Positions 1 through 11,600 of a stretch of DNA of 39,486 bases are shown one piece after another. Every line of letters starts with the position of its first letter. Positions within the stretch are counted from its first letter, which is position 1. Source of the DNA: Sphaeroforma arctica JP610 (taxonomy: Eukaryota); contig NW_014040340.1 in NCBI RefSeq assembly GCF_001186125.1, forward strand, positions 62,375 to 101,860. Direction: 5' to 3'. The translations under genes were made by a program, and so were the position numbers. The notes under the pieces were generated by a model that saw only the letters and a list, made by a program, of their open reading frames with translations, did no database searches and was not told where the DNA came from.

Positions 1-47
<47 letters not shown>

Positions 48-60
48 ATATATATATATA
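1..60. repeat. (TA)n microsatellite
   Basis: Read directly from the sequence. Confidence 0.95.
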
Positions 61-1657
61 TTAAGCTGGTGAACGCATCGCAGATGTGATATGATATGGT
101 GCACATACAGGGCAATGAAATACGCGATTGAGGTTTAAGAATAATATAGGATAAACTAGGTTTATCCTAACAGGTTTGGTAGCACTTCGAGATCATCCTG
201 TTTGAATTCAGGCTGTAGTATCTATGGACTCAAACTCGAAGATCGTTCATTTTTGAGCTTCAGTTTGTATTTAAGGCTCGCTCCAGGATAAATAAAGAGG
301 GCCAGAGATGCCATTATAAGAAAGGGAGTTACCGTGAATAATATGCAGCCAAAGTGGCATAGCCCAACGAAGTGAAATGACGAAGGTGCCTTTCTTGGAA
401 TATTTTGTGGTCTCAAATGTGTATTTTATTAGTGTATTTTCACTGAATGCGTAGCGCCTGTATTAAGTGTAAATATGTAGATTGTAGAGTCCCTATTACT
501 TTTATTGAACTTGAAATCTGTCTGGAACGCTTTTTTGCGGAAGACTTTTCCTTATTTGTCAGCCCCGATAAGGCCCCCGAGGGATCCTACATGGACTATT
601 TGAAGAAGAAGAAAAAGGCATACTTTTAGCGAAGCGGGGGGGGGGGAGGGGTGGGAGGAGTTTCTCATCCGCCCTGCGCGGAGTGATTCACAAGTTATTT
701 TATTATTACTATAGGCATTTAGTATCTGCGGCACCACGTCCTCTATTTAACTGATTGTGTAAATACCTCTCGTTGTCTGAATGTTCATTCGTCGCGTTTA
801 TTTAGTGATATTTATGTTTTTTTTGTTTACCTTTTATTAAAAAATATGGGGTTTTTTTGAAACTTGAAACTGGGCTGACCACACCGGTGATAAAATTTAG
901 ATTACAAAATGCCTGGAGCCTGGTAAGACTGCGTGGCTATTGGTCAATAGGATTTTAAATATATAACCGGTGGGTTTTAGGGTTTTTCAAAATTACTTCA
1001 AAAAATTAGAAATAAATTTCTACATGCCGCTCATTTGCTCTTAATTTATTCCGGTTTCTGACTGTTCAATTTAGAAGGCTATGGTTTTTGATATATTGCT
1101 GAGTATCAAATGGTTCCTGCACCCAGGCTCCCAACCATTAGGAGTGCAGTATATTAATAAACTCAGTTTCTTTCAACAGGATTTTTGAAGATGTTTTGAC
1201 AAAATTTGCATAAATAGCCTTCTAAATGTTCAATTTGTTTATAGAGAGGGCTAAATATGAAATTTGGGACCTAAATATGTAGTCAAACTAGATTTTGGGG
1301 TTTTTTTTAAAAACAAACTGCCATTCAAATTTAGGGTGAATTTTTACGTATTTTGAAATTTGTTCAAAAAAATAGTTTTGACGAGCAAATTTTGAAATTT
1401 TATCATCGAAGTGGGATCAGACTACAATCTACATATCAGTAATTACAAGACAGAATAAATCTTATTCCTGAAGAAGTGTCTATTATATTTTGGAGTCATA
1501 TATAATCATATATGTAATAATAATAGCATTAAATATATTCTGATGTGTTTGTACAAATGTAAATAAGTTTTGTAAACTTAGTTTACTTATATAAATTATG
1601 GTTGCGATTCTAAAAACTTTGTTTTTAGCCCAAAACCCTCCCGGAATCGTCAACATG

Positions 1658-1985
1658 TCAGTGAAGTGTCATAAATGAATTTCCAAGAAATTCGTGCTGA
1701 GGTCAAGGGAGAGACTTGGTACGATCAGCAATATTATCACTAGTGTTGACGTAGATGATATCTATAATGTTATTGCGAACGCAGTCGCGTATATAGTGTG
1801 TGTTTATATCAATGTGTTTCAACCCTTCTTAAAAGCGCTCTGGTTATCGCAGTGTAGGACTGTTGGTAGCAGAAGTGTGTGACCCATGGCATGAAGAATG
1901 TTGCGAGCCCAGGCAATGTGGCGTATGGTTTCGGAGGTGGCGACATAATCCGCTTCTGTGGAACTAAACGCAATCTTTGCAAGTT
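1658..1985 (-). pseudogene. Copia RNase H remnant
   Basis: IAFSSTEADYVATSE...LHCDNQSA (ORF 1819..2001), then after a frameshift KHIDINTHYIRDCVRNNIIDIIYVNTSDNIADRTKSLP. These match the copia RNase H motifs LSSTEAEY, CDNQSA, KHID, DNxAD. Ends at TGA 1660-1658. Confidence 0.9.
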
Positions 1986-3248
1986 TCGGTCTAATTAACA
2001 CCTTAGAGTAAATAAACGCTTAGGTTACATTTTTTTAAAAGTTAATAAACGAAATGATTCTTTTAGTTAAGTTAGGTATGCCTCGTGAAAACAGCAATAC
2101 TCTGAGGGATTGAGAGGCTGAGACATCGCCTATATATAATCCTCTCAGTACTGTTTTCGCCGAAGGGATTTTATTTAGTGTTTCGTTGGCGCTCTATAAG
2201 GAACTATGGTAAATATGTTTCGTTGTGGCGAATCCGAGAGACTCATAAAATCCTATCTTTAGAAAAAAACATTGATAGTGATTCTATAAAAAAAAACAAT
2301 CGTAGTGAGGTCGAAGGACAATCACTAAATATTTACTCAATAATTCACTACTCACACTCTCGAGTACCGACTCTCGACTCTCGACAATCCAGTATCCACA
2401 CTCCGACAAAAAATATTTGATTTGTTTAAAAACAAAAACCAGGATGCAGATAGGTTATTTAAAAAAAACCCCCGGTATTCACGAAATATGTCTATTTTCT
2501 TCAAAACTATATATATATATTTAATTTTATTACAAAAAACAAATATGTATCATATGTAAAAGAATATGTTTTTTGTTTAAAAAAATAATATGTAACTGTA
2601 AATATTTAGTTGTTTGTTTTTGACCTTTGTTAAAAAAATTTAAAAAGGCAAAAGACCATCAAACATAAAAACAATAGCAGACAACATAAAAACAATAGCA
2701 GACAACATAAAAACAATAGCAGACAACATAAAAACAATAGCAGACAACATAAAAACAATAGCAGACAACATAAAAACAATAGCAGACAACATAAAAACAA
2801 TAGCAGACAACATAAAAACAATAGCAGACAACATCGCAGAATCCCACCTTGCTTGCGGTAAATGTGGCACGAAGGATTACAACAACGCAACGTGCCCGGA
2901 AATCAAGCTCAAATATAAAATTAGCAACATGGACGGCCACAACGATGTGTGTTGCAGCCGTCGTTCAAATGAAAAGAATATCAATTACTTGACCATTTCT
3001 TTTATTGCTAAGATTACTGTCACTACAACCGGCGATGCGTCCTATCTTCTGATCGATGGAGGCACAACCGTTAAAAACCTTCACTATTCATCTCGTTTAT
3101 TTCTACGCCGAATTGAAACTGTAAGATTCGGTCTATCAAGACGATATCAACGCTTTAGAGTAATTAAACGCTAAGGTTAAGTCTAAGTTTAGCGAAATTC
3201 GAAATAAATAAACGAAATGAGTCTTTAATAAAGTTAGGTATGCCTCGT
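1981..3248. mobile_element. Non-coding AT-rich insert bounded by imperfect direct repeats (1981-2086 and 3123-3248)
   Basis: Both ends share the ordered blocks aag.ttcggtcta, ttagagtaa.taaacgct.aggtta, aataaacgaaatga.tcttt and aagttaggtatgcctcgt. The insert separates RT from RNase H of the copia. Confidence 0.55.
2662..2834 (+). repeat. 21-bp minisatellite (AACATAAAAACAATAGCAGAC) x8 plus a partial copy
   Basis: Eight identical tandem units read directly. They explain the spurious repetitive ORFs at 2630-2940. Confidence 0.97.
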
Positions 3249-3344
3249 TGTAGAAATACAGCCTCCGGTCAGTCTAAAATATCAAGATCAATTGAGATAA
3301 TACATTGGTTTTTATTTGTATTTTAAATAATTTAATACAAGCTC
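3249..3344. repeat. Copy 1 of a TG-starting AT-rich repeat, truncated by an N-gap
   Basis: 96 bp nearly identical (2 differences seen) to 4819-4914: tgtagaaatac.gcctccggtcagtctaaaatatcaag...aatacaagctc. Confidence 0.9.
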
Positions 3345-3364
3345 NNNNNNNNNNNNNNNNNNNN

Positions 3365-3671
3365 CTAGATAAATCCCGAGTGTCTCCTTGGCTACTACTG
3401 GGGCATACCTTTCATTGTAATCGACTTCTTGTTTTGCATTGAATGCTGCTACGTTTAGATGTGATTTAATTCGTGTGACTTGCCCAGACTCATCCATTTT
3501 TACCTTGAATACCCATCGAGAGGGGAGTAGTGATTTTTCTCGTAGCTTGTTGTCAACCAGAGCGAATGCCTTGCGCTGTATCACTAAGATCTCCATCTCC
3601 GAACGTGCTGATTCCTCCCAATCGGCTGCGTTTGGCATCTCATATATAACTTTGTATGTTTTCGGTTCCAT
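3365..3671 (-). pseudogene. Copia reverse transcriptase (RVT_2-type) N-terminal remnant
   Basis: EPKTY...W...EM...SRWVFKVK..SGQVTRIKSHL...VDYNERYAPV matches copia RT EPxTY / KWVFKxK / YKARLVA / DYxETFAPV. Cut by the 20-N gap at 3345-3364; the YVDD core is not seen. Confidence 0.9.
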
Positions 3672-4214
3672 TGCTGAAGTTGCTGAATTAACAGTGTGCG
3701 TATTGCTGGGAGATCGTCTCTTTCCGCGGCTGTCGTGATACCAGTTAACATTATTATCATCTATCGCAAGGTCTTGCAGTTCTCGAGAGACTTGCGACCT
3801 TCTGCCGTTCTTCTAGCTATGGTTGCTTCAAGATCGTGTTGTGTTTTGGTAGTCGCTCGGGAGCCTCCAACACAAGGGTATGTACTTCGCTCTCGGCAGG
3901 TTGTTGTATTGACGATGAAGCTATTTGTAGTTGTTCTGAGTTGCTAGACGTTTGTGTCACAGTTGGCTAGGCTCGTTGACCAAGCATATCTTCCGTTGTC
4001 GATGTTGTTTTTGAATTTATTTGGAAGTCGCCATCCTCAACTTGTAGGAATGTACAGCTGCTCGTAGTGTCTGGTGGTGCGACAACGGATGTGCATTTGT
4101 TGCCTTTCCAGATAAAGTAATCTGTCCTCCAATATATAGACGTCTCAGCTTCGTATTATACGCTTCGTCAGAGGTTAGCGTATACGATACGAGCCTGGTG
4201 TTGTGTTCAAGGGT

Positions 4215-4818
4215 TGCGCAAGGAGAATACCATTCGTTGCTCTATCGTCGAGTTTGCCGGACTGGGATAATCGGTTCTTGTATGCGATGTGACACCCTAA
4301 TGTTCTGAACATATCTATCGGAAAAGCGTATCATGTAAATTTCTCGTATGGAGATGAGCTCTTCCTTGTAGCATTGAATATGTTGGTAGTTTGAATCAGT
4401 GATTCAGCCCACATAGTAGTTGGTAGACATGTATACTTCAGTTGTGCGAGCATTCTATGGACCAGTGTACCATGTAGTCTCTCTACCTTGGCATGTTTTT
4501 GTGGCGTGGCCGTAGGTGCTAACATTGAGTAGTATCCCAAATACGCAAGCATGGTGAGCCTCGGTTCATTTGTATGCACTGGACTCGGCGACAAATTACA
4601 ATATACCATTCATCGAATGTGTGTAACATAGCGTCAAGAATTGTTGTTGCTTTCAGATCGCGGATCGGATACTCTTTGGCCATGCTAGAAAAGTCGTCTA
4701 TGATTGATACAGAACGGGCCTATTATGTCGACGAAGACTAATTCGAGAGAATTTGTGGTAGGTTGGTGCTGTCGTTCATTGTTGGTATTCTTTTTCTTCC
4801 TCTTTGCAGTAGTGCATG
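4215..4818 (-). pseudogene. Copia integrase remnant (core and GKGY/SH3-like region)
   Basis: PTATPQKHAKVERLHGTL..RML..LP..MWAE..T..FN..SPYE (ORF 4331..4609), followed in another frame by FRTLGCHIAY...GKLDDRATNGILL. These match copia integrase motifs. Confidence 0.85.
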
Positions 4819-5124
4819 TGTAGAAATACGGCCTCCGGTCAGTCTAAAATATCAAGATCAATTGAGATAATACATTGGTTTTTATTTGTATTTTAAAAAA
4901 TTTAATACAAGCTCTTTTTCCAATATTTCCAAAGTGTTCTAAATTCACTTTGATGGCTCCAATAGCCTGAGTATTTGGTATGACTCATCTACTTGGACCT
5001 ATTTGAGACATTAGTAGATGTAGGATATTATAAACTAAATTTTATAATCTCCGAACTACTACTTATAGATTTTGGTCGAGGATATTTAGGCTCTTAACAA
5101 GAGGCAGTCCCGATCATTCTTACA
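4819..5124. mobile_element. Copy 2 of the same repeat; candidate solo LTR inserted in the integrase zinc-binding region
   Basis: Starts TGTAGAAAT, the same boundary as copy 1. Candidate end is ATTCTTACA at 5124, giving TG...CA with an imperfect inverted terminus; flanks are catg/caag. The right end is uncertain. Confidence 0.5.
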
Positions 5125-5607
5125 CAAGCTACCACTGCTAAATCCTAACTGACTAAATTGTATTTTAGTTTAATATAGTTTGAAACCTAGTAATTTCCAT
5201 CGAAGTTCACACATGCTTTGCATCGTTCCTCTGGTTGCCTTGTGTTAGTTGGGGTGTGTTAGTCTGTCGTGCCATGTAATCTGGTTGGATTTCTCGAGCG
5301 ATGGTTTCAGCCATATCGTCGATGTGCACGCAGCATATTCTCTGCTTTTCATGCACTGTTATGGTTCCAAAGCTTGGGAGTAATATGTATGTTGTTGTTG
5401 GTGGATTTAAATGAGTAATGTCGCGCTGAGAGCAAGCTTTTACTCAGTGTTACAGTTTTAAATGTCATATCGATGAGTAGATCCCCCAGGTTTCCTAGCT
5501 GAGCCACGTTAGCAGGTAGCTGGTCATCAGACACTTGTGCTGACATTGCTTTGTCCTGTCTGCCTTCATGAGCTTGGCGTCGATTGCTATGGGATTGGTA
5601 TGTTCTG

Positions 5608-6560
5608 TCACGGAACGTTGGGTATCTCGTCGCGTCGATTGTATCTATCTACTCGGTAGTCTTGTCGGTCATGATCATCGTGATTATCGTAGCGGTATTG
5701 GTAGCAGTTGTTTCTGTTGTATCGTTCATCACGTGTACGGTAGCCACTATCTGAATCAGGTCGGTTATACTTGTCATTATTCTTGGACAAATATCTGTAG
5801 TCTCGCATGTCGTGACGAGGAACAGATTTGTCAATACGTCGATCGTAAGGTATACGACCGTCGAGATTACGACCCTGAACACGTGGTTTACCAGCAACAC
5901 ACGATTTGATTAGCGCTTGTAGCTTACGGCATTGCCGGATGGAATGTCCACGGTTATTGCAGAATGAACAATTTCCTGTCGATATAGCTGCATGTGCACC
6001 GTACACAATGATTGATGGGCCACTTTCGTCTGGATCCAATGCAATGAGATAAATAGTAAGCTCATCGTACGACATGGTTATCATAGCGGGTGCCTTCAAC
6101 GTACTCTCAACAGTCTGATTATCATCGTTTACAGCTACGGCGCATTTGAATTTCACAAATGACGTGTTGAGACAACTAATAAGACTGGCGCAAGATTCCT
6201 TCCGTTCTTGCATGAAGCGGTTCAGTTTCCATTCTAATGTCTGTATATCATCTTTGGTCAGGGCTTCAAACTTGCGTTACAGTGCGGCGAAATTTTCTCA
6301 CGGCTTATCAATGAACTGGCTGATCTCCGTCTGTAGTAGTGAAGATAAGGTGCGGTTGATAACCCGATAAGCCTCAGCGAATTTCTTGGGTGACCATCGG
6401 TTGCCGCTAGACGGGGTCGGATCGATCAATATGGTTGGAATTCCTTCACAATTAACGGACATAATGGTCTGGGTTTTCCCAGGAAGCCAATCGACCTTCA
6501 TTTCGAGAATAGTGGTGGTCTCAATATCCTTAGGGTTAACAGTGGGAATGTTGATAGCGC
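5608..6560 (-). pseudogene. Copia gag remnant with CCHC zinc knuckle
   Basis: ORF 5608..6213 contains CSFCNNRGHSIRQC (C-x2-C-x4-H-x4-C) followed by an R/D/Y-rich tail. The upstream ORF 6298..6501 is probably the disrupted N-terminal part. Confidence 0.8.
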
Positions 6561-6882
6561 GGAATCAGAGTGATCTGATAAATTGTTAGAGTGCAATGTA
6601 AGAGACTTTAATAGAGTGCAAATGTATGTTTTGTTTCAGACCTCACATTTGGTTTTATACCTAAGGCATTTGTGCTAGTGTTCAGCCGCTTGGTTTCGCC
6701 AGGGTAAAAACTCACATGGTCAGCATAAGAAAACTTCTGCAGAACACTTTAACACTTCGATGCTATTCTATTTCGACTTCTTTGCAACTAAATCTCACGC
6801 TGATCACATAATGATTTTCCGCATAGATTGTGATTCACATAAGAAGGCAGCTTTTTTATTGTTAGAATTTTGCGCTTGAATG

Positions 6883-7003
6883 ACTTAATCTACTTTCGAG
6901 AGTCGGTTGAGAAACTTAACCTGCTCTCGGGAGTCGGTTAGATAATAACTCAACTCGCGGGAGTAATTTAGGCAACTTGATTAGCTCTCGGGAGTGAGTT
7001 AAC
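6883..7003. repeat. Degenerate ~30-bp tandem repeat (4 units) upstream of gag
   Basis: Units of the form acttaa.ctgctctcgggagtcggttaga recur at roughly 30-bp spacing. Confidence 0.75.
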
Positions 7004-8645
7004 TTTGATCATTTCTATAAATCAACGAGGAGTTCTTGCTGTAAAATCTGGTCTGAGACCTGTAGTCTCTCACAGCCGATTTTCAGCTACATTGCCCAAT
7101 TTCTCCTTGAAGATGTATTTGAGGATGTATAGTTGGTCTACGCTTGTACAAATAGTGTACAAAGGAAAGTAGATGATAACACATTATATTGTTGCAATAG
7201 TCCACGGTGCCCATGAATCCTTGGACAGTCCCGAATGCGCTCAATCATTTAGAATTTTACAAAACTACTTGTGACGGAGTTTGCTTGACATCATTAGTTC
7301 ACAAGGACAAAATAGCGGCAACCAAGCTGAGTGTTGGACCCTTGAAAAAAATCAACACTTTGTTCAAGATTTGCAGATACATGCCAAGTGAAATGAAGAG
7401 GGTTAACTCTCAGTTTATCTTAGGTGAACACTAGTATGATACAACAATACAATTGATTTGAAACAGCCACACGCGTACTATAACCATAGCACTAGCAGTT
7501 TCCCCCTTGAACAGCAGTCACGTGCCCTGTGAACTCTAAACGTGTGCTTAGTTTAGGCCCAACAACCTTAATTTTTCCATGAGGAACACATGTTTTTTTA
7601 ATATAGAATTTAATTGATACATGTCATTTTAGCGACCAAAGACCCTATGTACTACTACTGCACATATGGTCGGTTGAACATCGTCCCTACATGAATGTAA
7701 GTATTGACCTTAAATTGTGTAACCATATACGTGCATATAGTAGGATACAAACGCACACAAGCTATAGAAGAATACACATGCAGTAGGAAAAACAAAACCA
7801 CAGCGTAGCGACTACGAATTCAAACAGTAGCCACCACGAGCTCAAGCCGTAGCCACACCCGACCCAGAAAATGACCAAAGACATTTTCTTTTGCACTCAA
7901 TTCGTAGCCACAGCGTAAAACGTTTTGTGTCTGATTGCGTTTGATACTTTTTTCCCGACGGCGCCGTAGACCATCAAACATGCGAGCTAATGGGTGAAAA
8001 ACGCTACACCCCAAACAAACTACCCTCGACATTCGTAGCTACTTCATTGGTTTAGCGCAGGAATTGGGCAGGCGTGCTCCCAATCACTTTTTGGCCAATA
8101 TAACATTTAAAACGACCAAATATTAATCAAGTCCCTTCATGTTTAAAAATTCGAGCACTTCAAATACATTCCGGTGGATGGCTTCCTTCATTTCTACTCA
8201 AATAATAACACCACCACCCAACCCAACCACTATAAAAACCACTGTGATCATGATGGTGCACTGAAGCCAATGATTGGAGAACGGAAGGAAATTATCGGGC
8301 ATGGTTATGTACTGTCGAAGAGAGCTAGGGTATTATGACAGTCCTAAGGTATTTTTGTACTGACAAGAGTGCAAAACTTTGACTCGTATCAAACAATTAA
8401 GCCGTCATAAGGGCACCCCTCCTGAAGTTTTCTTTATAGAGGCTGAGCTGTGTGCGTCGAATAATCAAAAGTCTAATGCCCCTAGTCCACCCAGCAGGCG
8501 TAAAAAGATAAATGTCTCTGTTTTGGAGCATCAATGATCACCTGCGACAGACCCCACGGGGATTACAGACAAGAACGGTCTGCATTCAACGAGGAAAGCA
8601 ATCGTACAATTTATTAAATTTGGGAACATGCGACGGGACGACTGC

Positions 8646-11600
8646 TCATTTCTTAGTGGTTGTGGTTTTCTCCCTCCGTTTTTTGGCTTTCTTGGGCATC
8701 TTCCCCTTGCGCTTCTCCTTGTTGTCGTCCTTTACCTCCTTCTTGTGTGCGCGCTTTAGAGCCTTCTTCTCCTCAGCACTCATCTTCGGTGGACGCTCCA
8801 CCCACGCCTTACCCGTTTCACTGTCGCTGTCATCTCCACTTTCCCCTTCACTCTCAGAGCCTTTTCCTGAAATCGATTCTGCATCACTATCACTTTCCAC
8901 CGAATCTTGAGTTCGACTGGTTTCTATTTGCGACATCTCGAGCTTTGACGTCTGTGACTGTATATCTTTTGCATCCTTCTTTTGGGGTGTGTTAGTTTTG
9001 TTGTCGGGCGTATCTTCAAGGCCCAGAATTTTAGCGTATATAAGCTGTGGACAGAGGTGCACAAGAGTATTAGCGAAGATACCGTGGTTTATAAAAAAGC
9101 ATGACATGATGGATGAATATTTCCCGCATACATCGTAAATGAGCAATGGGTAAAGCAGTCCATCACCGTGCTTCCTGTATAGCGTAAGCCTCATCCAACA
9201 TGCACAAATGCGTAGCAGAGCCAGCTCTGTCACAATAGCTCATCGCTATGTTCATCGCACCATGCTATCACAACATAAGAGGTGTTCTTTTATTTGATGC
9301 CCACACACTCATACACATGGATCGACAACCACGCGCACAACAAATAGAATACTCAGCCATATATGCAATAACAGAAACATGTACATTCAACAACAGACAT
9401 ACGTCGACAGTCTCTCCCGACTTGGCCGCCCGTTGCATGCGCTCATGATCTCGTTCGAAGTCCACTACATCATCTAATGTACGTGGTATGTACGCATGTT
9501 GGAACACAGCCTCTGCCACTTTATCCTCAGCTGTTTCGTCTCCCCGTGCCGCAATCTTCTCTTGCGCCTATCCATCGATAAGATGTTCATGCGAATTTCT
9601 GTTAGTTCTATCGCATTTCATTCAGCCCAAAACGGGTTTTAGGATTTTGACTCGATGGGCCATGGCAATACAGATTTAGGAATACAGACCTGAATAACAA
9701 GAACCTACAGGGAAGTGGCACATTCCGAGCATTGCAAAAAACATAAAACTTTTCGAAGAACAAAAGCGATCTCGCCATATATGATGTGGCCAACCTTTTC
9801 TAAGTACTCGTCTATGTGCTCGTCTTGCAGGTTAGGATCGGTTACGAATTCAAACAGCTCGCGCATGGACATTACATCCACTCCATTCTTTTTGAAGAAG
9901 GCTGTGATATTCGAACAATCTTTGCGCAGAAAGTCCAATGCGCGGGGATGCTCATGCTCCACAGATTGTGACACATCGATGAAGTACAGCTGCTGCTTCC
10001 AGTACCTGAACAATGTAACACGGAGGTTGTAATAAAGATCAGTTCTACGTAATATAAAAGCACCCCAACACGGAGGTTGTAATAAAGATTAACTCTACAC
10101 AATTCTCAAAGCATGTCAAAATGCATGACACTGTCATGACAAGGCATTACGCTGCCTCTGTTTGACTCCTAGTGCGCTTAGAAACACCATGGCGGACAAC
10201 TGATGATGAACAAATCGACATCTGAGCAGTCATTACATGCACAGTCTCGTCGATGCGAGCTCATTGTACTTAATCGCGCACAAGTTGTCCTATATATTCT
10301 ACAGGAAAATTCATGCTCGCTGAACGTTCCACTAATAATCTGACATCAATATCGATTAATTTACGCACACGCCTTCGACATACACTCGGCATTGTATTCC
10401 CGAAGTACATTCAACATCATTTGAATCTAATGCCAACTACGCAAAAGGTCCATCTTCGACTTACAGAAGATTGTATTCACTGAGATCTCCATGGACCAGC
10501 TTACAGACGTGGAACATCTTGCGCATGTCCTTGACGCACTGCATGTACAGTGATCGGTGTCTGTCGGCGCTGATGGTCGCATCCTTTAGTCGGGGTGCAG
10601 CCCTGTTTTGGTGAAATAGGTGAACTGGTGTGAACAGCAAGACGCTGAGTGACTCACTCACAACAATACATGACTAGCGCAAAACGATACACACTGTTCT
10701 CATGCCCAATTCAAGAGAAATTGGACACCCGATACGGGACAGACTCGCCTTCATGGTTTAAAGTGGGTAATTTCAAACGGGTAGTTCATGCGCATTTCCG
10801 CGTATCAATACGCAAAACATATGCCACTCTCGATGGCGACGAGTGCAGCTATCAATAAGTAACCTCATACAGCATCTAGGTTTATTCAGGCTATACAACA
10901 CATTGTGATCCACATTGCACAGTTGCGGAATATAGGAAAGTGTGACCTTGAAACGCCAAAGGCACATAGCCACCCACACCCCACACATCACACTAGCAAA
11001 TTTAACGAACAAAAGACATACAATATTACTGCCTTCGTGAGTGTGAACACAGATCATGTCTACGCTCGAATGCAAAATGCAAACACCCTACGACCACACA
11101 CGCTCATGCACACGCACACATGCAACCGACGCCAATAACCTGTACAATGTATGTAACAGAATATTGAAGTTAATCGAATGCACACCGACCCCTAACTACT
11201 CGAATTGGGTCTCCATTGTCCCACTCACCAGCCGTCCTTGCCCAGGAACTCCATGACCAAGACATGCTGCCTTAGCATAATCATCCGGGGGGTGGGGATG
11301 CCCGCCTGAAATAATCGTATGTAGTTACGCATTTCTTTCTCCGCCCACAACTTTACCATCTTCCTCGGATTAGAGGCGCAGTAACCTTTACGGAAACGAA
11401 ACTCTCCCGACACATAGCGATCTCTGCACAAGTAGTAAGAAAGAGGGGGCGAAGGGTTCAGACTGTCCGTGTAGCACAGCGTATATATATGTGTGTAGGA
11501 CGTTATACATGCAACTGTGATTATGATTCGCTGGTGGTATTAATTGTTGTGTGTGCAACGCATCGGGAAGGACTATAGACTAGTTGCGGATTCCTGTACC

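Larger units (their letters stand above)
1658..7003 (-). mobile_element. Degenerate Ty1/copia LTR retrotransposon (internal region; paired LTRs not identified)
   Basis: On the minus strand the domains run gag zinc knuckle, GAG-pre-integrase (WHDRLTHPN, ~5275-5249), integrase core, RT N-terminus, RNase H. Integrase before RT is diagnostic of copia. The coding region is broken by stops, frameshifts, an N-gap and nested insertions. The right boundary is approximate. Confidence 0.9.

Noticed and set aside
222..629. Short ORFs upstream of a G-rich tract, considered as a gypsy/chromodomain end
   Set aside because: No convincing conserved motif and no LTR start after the purine run.
1981..2160. Hammerhead ribozyme or Helitron 3' end in the direct repeats
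   Set aside because: No CTGANGA...GAAA core was seen on either strand. The minus-strand CTAA after the hairpin is not followed by the expected T and lies inside the shared repeat.
2359..2371. 13-bp match ctcgagtaccgac shared with ~21434 in the last CAP-D2 exon
   Set aside because: Too short to exclude chance in 39 kb.
2630..2940. ORFs with repeated peptides (MLSAIVF, CCLLLFL, VVCYCFY)
   Set aside because: These are translation artefacts of the 21-bp minisatellite.
7045..7075. Possible primer-binding site and 5' LTR edge of the copia
   Set aside because: It does not match the canonical TGGTATCAGAGC or GGTTATGGGCCC primer sites, and I found no partner LTR copy.
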